Shown here in pieces: positions 50,319-58,745 of a stretch of DNA of 64,000 bases. The position numbers and the translations under genes are program-made. Below the pieces are notes generated by a model, which was not told the origin of the DNA, did not search any database, and saw only the letters and a list, made by a program, of their open reading frames with translations. The stretch covers positions 672,001 to 736,000 of the forward strand of contig CAWBWI010000001.1 in assembly GCA_963792585.1 (NCBI GenBank). The letters run 5' to 3'. The DNA is from Candidatus Eiseniibacteriota bacterium (lineage in GTDB: Bacteria; Eisenbacteria; RBG-16-71-46; CAIMUX01; VGJL01). How positions within the stretch are numbered: the stretch's first letter is position 1; every line of letters begins with the position of its first letter.

Positions 50319-52042
50319 ACATTGAACCCGAGCCGGCGAGAGGATTACCGGATATCGATGGGGCCGATGAGCGCGGAGAGCAGAGGACGACGGCCCGACG
50401 GCAGCTGGACGGCCTCAACCGCGGCATGACCCTGGAGGAGAGGATTACTCTCCTCGCCCAGCAAGAGGAGTCGCGCAAGGAGTTGGAGCGGCTTGACCGT
50501 CTTGTCCAGGCGTACCACCGACTGGCGGCCGGTTCCCGAGCGCTCACCTCGATCCTGGACCTCGATGCCCTCTTGGCAGCGATCCTCAAGGAGGTCGTCA
50601 ACCTCACGAAAGTCGATCGCAGCTTCCTCCTGCTCGCCGATGCATCGGGCACGCTTCGGATCGAGAAAGGGTACGACAGGCAGTTGGGCGCCCTCGAGGC
50701 AGATGCCGTCAATTTGGTGAGCATGTCCACGGCAAGACGCTGCCTCACGGAATCGAAGCAGCTTTGGATCCACCACCCGCTGCAGCTGCCCGAGTTCCGC
50801 ATGCAGGGGAGCATCGCCGAACTCAAGCTGTCCGAGATCCTGTGCGCCCCGCTGGAGACTGCCGGCGGTCCGATCGGCGTTCTCTACCTTGACAGCCGGC
50901 GCGCCGACAGCCTCGTGCCGCCCGAGGAACGTGAAGTCCTGGGGGCGTTCGCGGCGCAGGCGGCCATCGCACTCGAGAATGCGAGACTTCACCGGGAGCT
51001 CATGGAGGCGCGAGCGGGCCTTGAACGCGAGAACCGAGACCTTCGGAGGACGGTTCCCGGCGCGACAGGAGTCGGGGCCATCCTGGGTCACAGCCGTGCA
51101 ATCGAAGAACTCCGCGACCGGATCGGCCTGGTGCAGGAGTCTCACTTCCCGGTCATGATCTTGGGTGAAACCGGAACGGGAAAGGACCTTGTTGCAAGGG
51201 CGATTCACAGCGGCGGCCTTCGGGCGGCGGCGCCGTTCTTGGCGGTTCATTGCGGGGCCCTCCCCGGAGAGCTGCTGGAGAGCGAGATGTTCGGCCACAA
51301 GAAAGGGTCCTTCACCGGGGCGCTCCAGGACAAGCAAGGCGTATTCGAGGCCGCGGACGGCGGCAGCCTCTTCCTCGACGAGATCGGGGAAATGCCGATG
51401 CAACTCCAGGTCAAGCTCCTGCGCGCCCTCGAGGACGGAGAGATCCGCAGAGTCGGAGAGAACCTTCCTCGGAAAGTCGACGTGCGGATCATCTCCGCGA
51501 CGAACCGCGATGTCGATGCGATGATCGCCGACAGCACTTTTCGCGACGACCTCTACTACAGGCTCAGGGTCGTCACCCTGCTGACTCCGCCCCTGCGGGA
51601 GCAGAAGGAGGACATCCTGTCTCTCGCCGAGCATTTCCTGCGCAGTTTGCTCGACGCCATCAACCGCCCCTACGCCGGGTTCACTCCGGCTGCCGCTCGG
51701 TTCCTCTTGGAACATCCGTGGCCCGGCAATGTCCGGGAGCTGCGAAACATGATCGAGGGCGCCTCCGTGTTCCTGAAGCCGGGTTCCCCGATGGACGCGG
51801 CGGACCTACAGCTCGCGGCCGGTGGCAGGCGGAATCCTACTCGGGCATCCGCGGTCCCTGCCGCAGGGGAGTCGAGCCTCCGCGACTTCCGCCAGGAAGC
51901 CGAAAGGCAGCTCGTGGTGGAGTCCTTGGAACGATCGAATTGGAACGTGAGTCGTGCCGCGAAGGACCTGGGGATCTCGCGCCAGCACCTTCACAACCGG
52001 ATCCGCTATTACGAGCTGGAGCGGCCGGAACGCCACGAGTAA
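50315..52042 (+). CDS. GAF-domain sigma54-dependent activator (bEBP)
   Basis: GAF; Walker A GETGTGKD, ESEMFGHKKGSFTGA, FLDEIGE, FRDDLYYRL, WPGNVREL, Fis-type HTH. Confidence 0.95.
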   Translation: MNIEPEPARGLPDIDGADERGEQRTTARRQLDGLNRGMTLEERITLLAQQEESRKELERLDRLVQAYHRLAAGSRALTSILDLDALLAAILKEVVNLTKVDRSFLLLADASGTLRIEKGYDRQLGALEADAVNLVSMSTARRCLTESKQLWIHHPLQLPEFRMQGSIAELKLSEILCAPLETAGGPIGVLYLDSRRADSLVPPEEREVLGAFAAQAAIALENARLHRELMEARAGLERENRDLRRTVPGATGVGAILGHSRAIEELRDRIGLVQESHFPVMILGETGTGKDLVARAIHSGGLRAAAPFLAVHCGALPGELLESEMFGHKKGSFTGALQDKQGVFEAADGGSLFLDEIGEMPMQLQVKLLRALEDGEIRRVGENLPRKVDVRIISATNRDVDAMIADSTFRDDLYYRLRVVTLLTPPLREQKEDILSLAEHFLRSLLDAINRPYAGFTPAAARFLLEHPWPGNVRELRNMIEGASVFLKPGSPMDAADLQLAAGGRRNPTRASAVPAAGESSLRDFRQEAERQLVVESLERSNWNVSRAAKDLGISRQHLHNRIRYYELERPERHE

Positions 52043-52070
52043 GTGTCACTGTAATACGACAGTGACACTT
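52041..52070. promoter_or_regulatory. palindromic enhancer-like site (putative bEBP UAS)
   Basis: Perfect 12-bp inverted repeat AAGTGTCACTGT-N6-ACAGTGACACTT containing two overlapping TGT-N12-ACA. Confidence 0.65.
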
Positions 52071-52266
52071 GACACTGTCGCGGGATGCCAACTCCTTATC
52101 ATATAAACGGTTGCCAGCAACAGCCACCGCGGAGTGTAAACAGCCGACTTCTCGCTGCGCAAACTGCCGCCACGGCGCTTCCGCTGCATCCCGCCGAGGA
52201 GCTTCGTAACAATAAACATTGTAGCTAGTTACGGGTTCGCATATTTCCTAACAGCCTTAGGGGAAT

Positions 52267-52283
52267 TTGGCACGCCCCCTGCT
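52267..52283 (+). promoter_or_regulatory. sigma54 promoter 1 (-24/-12)
   Basis: TTGGCACGCCCCCTGCT; GG at 52269-70 and GC at 52281-82 with exact N10 spacing. Confidence 0.8.
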
Positions 52284-52359
52284 CTACAGGAGGTCGGATG
52301 CGCGGAATGCGCATCTGAAGTGAGGCAAAGGCCTCGTGTCCAGGAAGGGGGTGAGTAGG

Positions 52360-52431
52360 ATGTTCGTAGGTGGTCTCGTGATCAGCTTCTTCTGGTTCCT
52401 TGCTCTGGCCATGGGCCGGGCTGGCTGGTAG
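52360..52431 (+). CDS. 23-aa hydrophobic peptide MFVGGLVISFFWFLALAMGRAGW (unannotated sORF)
   Basis: Strong SD (AAGGGGGTGA) upstream of ATG; downstream of the sigma54 promoter; followed by hairpins; below the ORF-track cutoff. Confidence 0.65.
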   Translation: MFVGGLVISFFWFLALAMGRAGW

Positions 52432-52506
52432 GCGGATGTAGCTCAACTCTCCCGTCCGGGCGTCGCGGCAGTGGCGGTCGGTCAGTGCGGGAGAAGAGAG
52501 CGCGGA

Positions 52507-52567
52507 GCGGCCTCAAACCTCGTCTGGGACAGCCCCAACCGGACGAGGGGGGAGGCCGCACCTTTGT
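52507..52567 (+). terminator. long GC hairpin closing the peptide transcript
   Basis: GCGGCCTC..CCTCGTCTGG-loop-CCGGACGAGG..GAGGCCGC followed by ACCTTTG. Confidence 0.5.
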
Positions 52568-52792
52568 ACCCGCCTGCTGACCCAATTTGGCGGAAATCGG
52601 CCCATGATGTTTAACCCACGGGTTGGCAATGGTTTGCGTCGCCCGATTCCCCTGGTACGCCGCGATTGGGGCGCTTCGACGCACCAAGTGGTTTCCCCGC
52701 GCGAATCCACTTGGTTCACGGATGCCCCGTAGTCATATGGCATGCAATGGGATAGAGAATGGTCAGCCAGGCTCTGCTCCGGGCAGATCAAC

Positions 52793-52808
52793 CTGGCACC
52801 GAACCTGC
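52793..52808 (+). promoter_or_regulatory. sigma54 promoter 2 (-24/-12)
   Basis: CTGGCACCGAACCTGC; GG-N10-GC, about 40 nt before the lipoprotein start. Confidence 0.72.
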
Positions 52809-52848
52809 CGTCACCTCCCGCAGGCATTCGCCTGGGGAGGAACCAGAC

Positions 52849-53308
52849 ATGAAGAACCATCGGTACCTGCTGATGCTCGTAGCGCTCCTGATGCTGGGGG
52901 CGGGATGTTCGAGCGACTCTGAATCGCCCCTCGCACCCGCGGTAGCTGTTCCGATGGGGGGCCCCGGGCTAGAATTTTCAGACCCGAGTCATCGGCCCCG
53001 ATGGAGGGTGCGTCGTCAACGGCGGAGTCCGCCTCGATATCCCGGCCGGGGCTCTCAGCGCCCCGACGATGATCGGGATCGAGTTGCTAGCGGACGGCTC
53101 CGTCGATCTCACGCCGAATGGCCAGCAGTTCGAGGTTCCGGTTTCTCTCACGTTCAACTTGGCCCCGGGTCAAGACCCACTTCACCGCGTGGTCGAGTGG
53201 TTCGATCCGGCCGGCGGATGGGTCGTGATTCCGAGCCTCGCGTCCGCGGGTCGCCGGGTTGCGCCTCTGATGCACTTCTCGATTTACCACATCGTCGCTT
53301 ACGAATAG
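52849..53308 (+). CDS. lipoprotein with ZU5-like domain (frameshift near 52955-52978)
   Basis: RBS GGGGAGG; lipobox LGAG-C; after a 1-nt shift IGPDGG..LDIPAGAL..LTPNGQQFEVPVSLTF..HFSIYHIVAYE*. Confidence 0.75.
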
Positions 53309-53436
53309 CCTGCTAGTCCTCCCTGCCCAAACACCGCGAGGCGGGCCGGGGTCATCCCCCGACCCGCTTCGGCCTTTTGGCCGCTTGTGGGGGCGGCGCT
53401 CTCATCCGTACGATCCGGCCCGGGAGTGGAGGTGCG

Positions 53437-54881
53437 ATGGACGCGTTGGGTGACATCCGACGGAGGGAGTGGAACGGGCTCGAGTCGGCTGCCGCGATTC
53501 CGCTCAAGAACCGCATCTATGTGAATCGCAACCTCCGGATGGCCCGCCTCGGTGCGATCGGGTTCGACATGGACCACACCCTCGCTATCTACGATCCCAT
53601 CCCCTTCGAGAGCCTCGCCTTCGAAGAGGCCAAGCGAAAGCTGCTCGCCGGGGGCTATCCGAGGACGATTGCGGATCTCCACTACCGTCCCGATTCGATG
53701 ATCCGCGGACCTGGTCGTTGACAAGCGGCGCGGCAACATCCTGAAGATGGATCAGCACCGCTACGTCGCGATGGCGTGCCACGGCTCCCGTCCTCTAGCC
53801 GACGAGGAGCGCAAGGGGATGTACCAAACCCGGTCCGTGAGCCTGTCGACGAAGCGATTCGTCGCCATAGACACGCCCTTCTCGCTGCCGGAGATCGACC
53901 TCTTCGCTCAGATGGTCGATCTGGTCGAGCGAGAGCGCTGGCGCCCGCGGGATTTCGCCAGGATGTATGTCGACGTCCGCGGCGCCATGGACCTTTCCCA
54001 TGCCGACGGCAGCATCAAGGAGAAGATCGCCGAGGACCCGGACCGCTACCTTCTCTTCGATCCTGAGTTGCCGGAAACCCTTCGCCGCTTTCGCGCCCAT
54101 GGCTATCGGCTCTTCGTCGACCAACTCGGGACCGGGCTACACGGCGCTCATCATGGAACGCCTGCTGCGCCGCGGTTCGACGTCGAATAGCCGTTGGACG
54201 GAGGCTTTCGATTGGATCGTTGTTCGCGCGGGCAAGCCCACCTTCTTCCGAAGGCGGGGAGAGTCGATCGCGACCCCGATGCCCCGTGTCACGCGCACTC
54301 GTGAGCGGGCGAAGGCGATTACCGGCGGGGGGGTCGCCGATCTGGAACACCGCTTGGGCTGCGGGGGAGACAGGATCCTCTACTTCGGCGACCACACATA
54401 CGGAGACATCATGAGATCCAAGCGCATACGGCTTTGGCGGACGGCGATGGTCCTCAAGGAGCTGGAGCGAGAGATCGAGGTCGGCGCAGCGCAGGTCGGA
54501 ATTCGAATGGAGGTGGCGTCCCTCAGTGCCCATCGGGAGAATCTGGAGTTCGTTCGAGACTATCTGGAGCGGATGGCACGTGGTGAAGTCGCTCCACGGA
54601 TGCCCGACATCCGCCGCCCCGAAGCGGCCCGTCTCCGCGGCCAACTGGATGCCGAGGTCGCCGAACTTGGCGCTAGGCTGGATGAACTCGAGACGGCCGA
54701 CCGCCGAGGCTACAACGAGACTTGGGGGCCGCTCTTTCGCACCGGGGCCGAGCTGAGTCACTTCGCCGGGCAGGTCCGTGACTTTGCATGCATCTATACC
54801 AGCCAGGTATCGAACTTGCTCCACTACCCCGTGGACAAGTACTTGCAGGCCCATCCCGAGCGAATGCCACACGAGATCTAG
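53437..54881 (+). CDS. HAD-IG (cN-II type) 5'-nucleotidase (frameshifts near 53710 and 54118)
   Basis: IYVNRNL, GFDMDHTL, TNS, AGKPTFF, YFGDHTYGDI, FACIYTS. Confidence 0.88.
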
Positions 54882-54922
54882 GGCCGCCGAACTCGGAATC
54901 CCGATAGGGCAACGAGGGCGCG

Positions 54923-54951
54923 TTGACACCCGTTTGGGGCTTTGGTACGTT
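54923..54951 (+). promoter_or_regulatory. putative sigma70 promoter of the beta-barrel gene
   Basis: TTGACA-N17-TACGTT with TG extension. Confidence 0.6.
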
Positions 54952-55034
54952 CCCGGGGGCAAATGCCGGGGTCCCCAGGGGTTGGACCTCGCGTCCGCGC
55001 CGGGGTTGGGGATCAATCCTCCGGGGAGGGAGAG

Positions 55035-55891
55035 ATGGTGAAGATGGTGGGGAGGTTGGGGGAGCGGTTCTTCTGCTCGCGGTCGTATGTCTCCCTCGTC
55101 CTACGCTTGCGGTCGATCCGGTCGGCAAGTTCAGCATCTCAGGGCGCGTCGGGATTGCCGGCATTCGCATGGGCGCCATCAATGACGGCATCAGCCGCAG
55201 CAACCGACTCCTCGCGTCCCTCCCGGAATCTCAGGAGTGGGAGGTTCCGAGCCGAATCCACTCCGCCTTCGAGTTCAGCGGGGATGCTTCCTACGATTTG
55301 ACGCCGTGGATACGTCTCGGCCTCGTCTATGGCTCGATTTCCGGCAAGTCCAGCGTCGACTATGTCCAACGGATCGAAGTTCGCCCGTCGACTACGATGC
55401 TCGTGCCCCGCGCCTTCTATCGACTCCCGATTCGATTGCTCGACAACCTGGCCCTCCGCGCGTTCGGTGGCGTGGTTCTGCTGTCGGGTTCCAAGGTCGC
55501 GATCGAGCACGAGAACACGAGCCCCAATGCCCCCAGGCTGGAAACGGTCTCCATCAAAGGCTCCGGCGCAGGAGCGACGGGTGGAGTCGCAGGGGAACTC
55601 ACACTCTCGGAGCGGTTCACCCTGACCTTCGAAGGGGGATACCGGCAGGCGAAGGCTTCCTTCGACTCCGGCAGCTACGCGATCAGCAAGCTTCGCGACC
55701 CGGGCAACAACGAGGATGACGACGTGCTTCTCAACGACCGCGATCCGAGCCAGACGTCATACGTCTGGGGATTCATGGACGGATGGAGAAGCGACAGCCA
55801 GCAGGATGAGGAACCGAAGGTCTACGGGACCAACGATATCGACTTCAGCGGCGGCTACCTGCAGTTGGGGCTCCGCGTCTACATCTTCTAA
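55035..55891 (+). CDS. outer-membrane beta-barrel protein (start region probably frameshifted in a G-run)
   Basis: Signal-like segment, alternating beta strands, C-terminal beta-signal YLQLGLRVYIF. Confidence 0.7.
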
Positions 55892-55916
55892 GGGCGGGTG
55901 ACGTGCCTCGATTGGC

Positions 55917-56810
55917 TCAGGCGGGCCCGATCAGTCTGTAGTTCCGGTAGACCCCGACCTGACGCCCGAAGATCCGATCCTGAGCATTGGTGATCATCCG
56001 CGTGACCAGACGGTTGTGTTCGTGCTGGACGGTTCGATCGTCATCCGCCCCCACACGGGGGGCCGTCGCCGCGATCCAATCGCGCATGACTGCCGGGTGC
56101 GTGCCGTCGAACTTGCGTAGATGCCGACTCGGCCCGTACCGAAACGCTGTCGCGTTCGCGTCCGGGTGGCGCCTTCGCACCCACTCCTCGGGATGGTGAA
56201 GTCGATCGAGGGCGATCTGCTTTCGCTTCATGAGGTCGGGCGGTCGCACCCATCCATAATGGAAGACATGGGCTCCTGTGGATCGCACCCGAAGTTTGTC
56301 GCCGTTCCGGCGGAACCCCTGCGCGCTCTTCCAGGAGCGGATTCCCCGACCCATCCGAACGATCCGCACTTCGTGCCGGTACCAGTTCCGCGTCCACTGG
56401 ACGTGGTCGAAGTCGCCCCAGAAGTGGAGCCAATCGAAGAGAAAGGCGTCGACCTCAGGGTCATCCTTCCATCTCGACATGGCCGCCCTGAGCCTTGGGA
56501 GATCGTCTTCGTGAAGCACCTCATCGGCCTGAAGGTACAACCCCCAGTCTCCGCTGCATGCGTCCATGGCGAGGTCGGTCTGGACGGCGTTGATGCGGCC
56601 GTGGACGAAGTGGGATGGGTCCCAGGATGTCTCCAGGATGCGGACGCGGGGGTCATCGATGGCACGAATCGCCTCGATGGTTCCGTCCTCGGACGGACCC
56701 ACGGCGACCACGAATTCATCCACCAGGGGCAGGGCGGACCGGATCGCCTCGGCAATCGGGTAGTGAAGCCGGACCGCGTCGCGAACGAAGGAGAACCCAC
56801 TGACTCGCAT
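55917..56810 (-). CDS. glycosyltransferase family 2
   Basis: MRVSGFSFVRDA..YP, SEDGT, YLQADE, HYGWVR. Confidence 0.88.
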   Translation of the reverse strand: MRVSGFSFVRDAVRLHYPIAEAIRSALPLVDEFVVAVGPSEDGTIEAIRAIDDPRVRILETSWDPSHFVHGRINAVQTDLAMDACSGDWGLYLQADEVLHEDDLPRLRAAMSRWKDDPEVDAFLFDWLHFWGDFDHVQWTRNWYRHEVRIVRMGRGIRSWKSAQGFRRNGDKLRVRSTGAHVFHYGWVRPPDLMKRKQIALDRLHHPEEWVRRRHPDANATAFRYGPSRHLRKFDGTHPAVMRDWIAATAPRVGADDDRTVQHEHNRLVTRMITNAQDRIFGRQVGVYRNYRLIGPA

Positions 56811-56930
56811 CACGTTCGGCATTCTGCCGAGGGCGTGAGGGGGGTGCAAGTCAAAACCGGGGATGCCTTCGGCTCCTGCCGATCATAGAATGGATCGTCC
56901 GCCCGGATTGGGCAGGCAAAAGGGGGCGAA

Positions 56931-58733
56931 TTGAGACAGTGCCATTGCCTGAGGGCCCTAGTGCTCGCGCTGTGGGTGGCCTTCATGGCCGGCGCGCGCG
57001 CGCGCGCCGAAAACGTGACGGGACCCATACTCCCGATCGAAGATGTCCGCCCGGGTATGCGCGGTGTTGCCTGGACCGTGTTCGAGGGCGATCGGGCCCG
57101 CAGCTTCGATGTGGAGTTGGTGGGCGTCGCCGAGGCGAGCCGACCGAAGGGGCGCCTGATCCTGTTCCGAGCGCTCGGGGACTCGCTTGCCCATATCGGG
57201 ATCGTCGCGGGCATGAGCGGCAGTCCGGTCTACGTCGATGGGAAGCTCGTCGGCGCGATTTCGATCGGCTTCGCATTCGCAAAGGACGCGATCGGGATGA
57301 TCACCCCGATCGGCGAAATGCTCGATGTCATGAATCGAGTCGAGCAGCCCTCCGGTCCGTGGATGGGGTCCTCGACGGAGACGTTCCAACCGATCCTGCG
57401 GAGTTTCCTGACCCGAACCCCCACTCCGAATGCGTGGGCGAGTCCCTTCCTTGCGGGCGCCGCGTCGTCGGAAGGATTGAAGCTGACGACCCTCTGCGGA
57501 AGTGGGTGGGCGCCCGGAATGGAATCAACCCTCGCTGCGTTCGCCGACCAATGCGGGATGGCTTCGCCGCTGGGCGCCTGGGCGGGCGGCAGCGAGGAGC
57601 ACGAGCCGAAGGAACTGACCGCCGGCTCTGCGATGGGAGTCCTCCTCATCAGCGGGGATGCGTCCTTGGGAGCGATCGGAACCGTGACGTGCCGCGAGGG
57701 AAACCGGATCGTCGCCTTCGGACACCCGCTCTTCCAGGCCGGTCCCGTGGAGTTGCCGCTCACAGCATCCTGGATCCACACGATCGTGGCGTCGGTGAAC
57801 TCATCTTTCAAACTTGGGAGTCCGGGACCGATCGTAGGCACGATCCGCCAAGATCTGAGGGCGGGCGTCAGCGGCGTGCTGGGCGAAGCACCCTCGATGC
57901 TCCCGATCACGGTCACGTTGAAGGGGGCCGGGGACCCGGATGTCTACCACTACCGCGTCGCGCGGGGCGTGCTGCTCGAACCGAGTCTGGCCACCTGGGC
58001 CGCGACGAACTCATTCCTCGAACATGGCTGGAAGGTCGGAGAAGCGTGGATGGAGGCGACGGCGACCGTGGTCTACGACGGGGGCCGCACCCTGTCCCGC
58101 CACGAGCGCTTCGCCGCGCGCTCACCGTCGACCGACATTGCGACCCAGCTCCTGGCGCCGCTGCCGCTTCTGCTCTCGAACCCATTCGAGAAGGTCGCGA
58201 TCGACTCGATCCGCCTCGACGTTGCGTACTCCCCGATCCTGCGGGAATCGGTTCTGGTCGATCTCTGGGCCGAGCAGGGGTCGATCCGGCCGGGGGAGAA
58301 ACTCACCGTCACCGCCCGACTGCAGGACCGGCAGGGAGCCAGGCGCGAGGTCCCCATTGAGATCTCGATTCCGGAGCGGTGGCGCGGGGAAACTTTGCTG
58401 ATACTCGCCGGTGGCGTCAATGACCTGACGGATTGGGATCGGGACCGCTCGCCGACCCTCTACGAGCCGAAGAGTCTCGAAGGGCTCGAGCGACTGATCC
58501 GCGATTTCCCGGACGACGGCACGCTGCTGGTTCGGATCTACGGAGAAGAGGACGGAATCGTCCTCGGAGATCGGGAAGTCGGCTCCCTCCCGGATACATA
58601 TGCCCGGGTCCTGGGCGCGGGACACAAGCGAGGTCCGGCCCGATCGGCACCCAACTTTCGCCTCGAGGAACGACGGATCGATGCGGGCGGCGCAATCACC
58701 GGCGGACTCGCGGTGCGCGTGCGCGTTGAATAG
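56931..58733 (+). CDS. SpoIVB-like peptidase S55 domain protein
   Basis: Signal peptide; GIVAGMSGSPVYVDGKLVGAI, AIGTVT, AFGHP. Confidence 0.88.
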   Translation: MRQCHCLRALVLALWVAFMAGARARAENVTGPILPIEDVRPGMRGVAWTVFEGDRARSFDVELVGVAEASRPKGRLILFRALGDSLAHIGIVAGMSGSPVYVDGKLVGAISIGFAFAKDAIGMITPIGEMLDVMNRVEQPSGPWMGSSTETFQPILRSFLTRTPTPNAWASPFLAGAASSEGLKLTTLCGSGWAPGMESTLAAFADQCGMASPLGAWAGGSEEHEPKELTAGSAMGVLLISGDASLGAIGTVTCREGNRIVAFGHPLFQAGPVELPLTASWIHTIVASVNSSFKLGSPGPIVGTIRQDLRAGVSGVLGEAPSMLPITVTLKGAGDPDVYHYRVARGVLLEPSLATWAATNSFLEHGWKVGEAWMEATATVVYDGGRTLSRHERFAARSPSTDIATQLLAPLPLLLSNPFEKVAIDSIRLDVAYSPILRESVLVDLWAEQGSIRPGEKLTVTARLQDRQGARREVPIEISIPERWRGETLLILAGGVNDLTDWDRDRSPTLYEPKSLEGLERLIRDFPDDGTLLVRIYGEEDGIVLGDREVGSLPDTYARVLGAGHKRGPARSAPNFRLEERRIDAGGAITGGLAVRVRVE

Positions 58734-58745
58734 CAAGGAGGATGG

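Noticed and set aside
52069..52100. TTGACA as a sigma70 -35 box
   Set aside because: No -10 element at 16-18 nt; better explained as part of the TGACAC enhancer-like repeats.
52298..52318. Mini-ORF MRGMRI preceded by AGGAGGT
   Set aside because: The SD lies at or upstream of the predicted sigma54 start (about 52294) and the ORF sits inside a hairpin; no support for translation.
52623..52637. TTGGCAATGGTTTGC as a third sigma54 promoter
   Set aside because: GG-to-GC spacing is 9 nt, not the strictly required 10.
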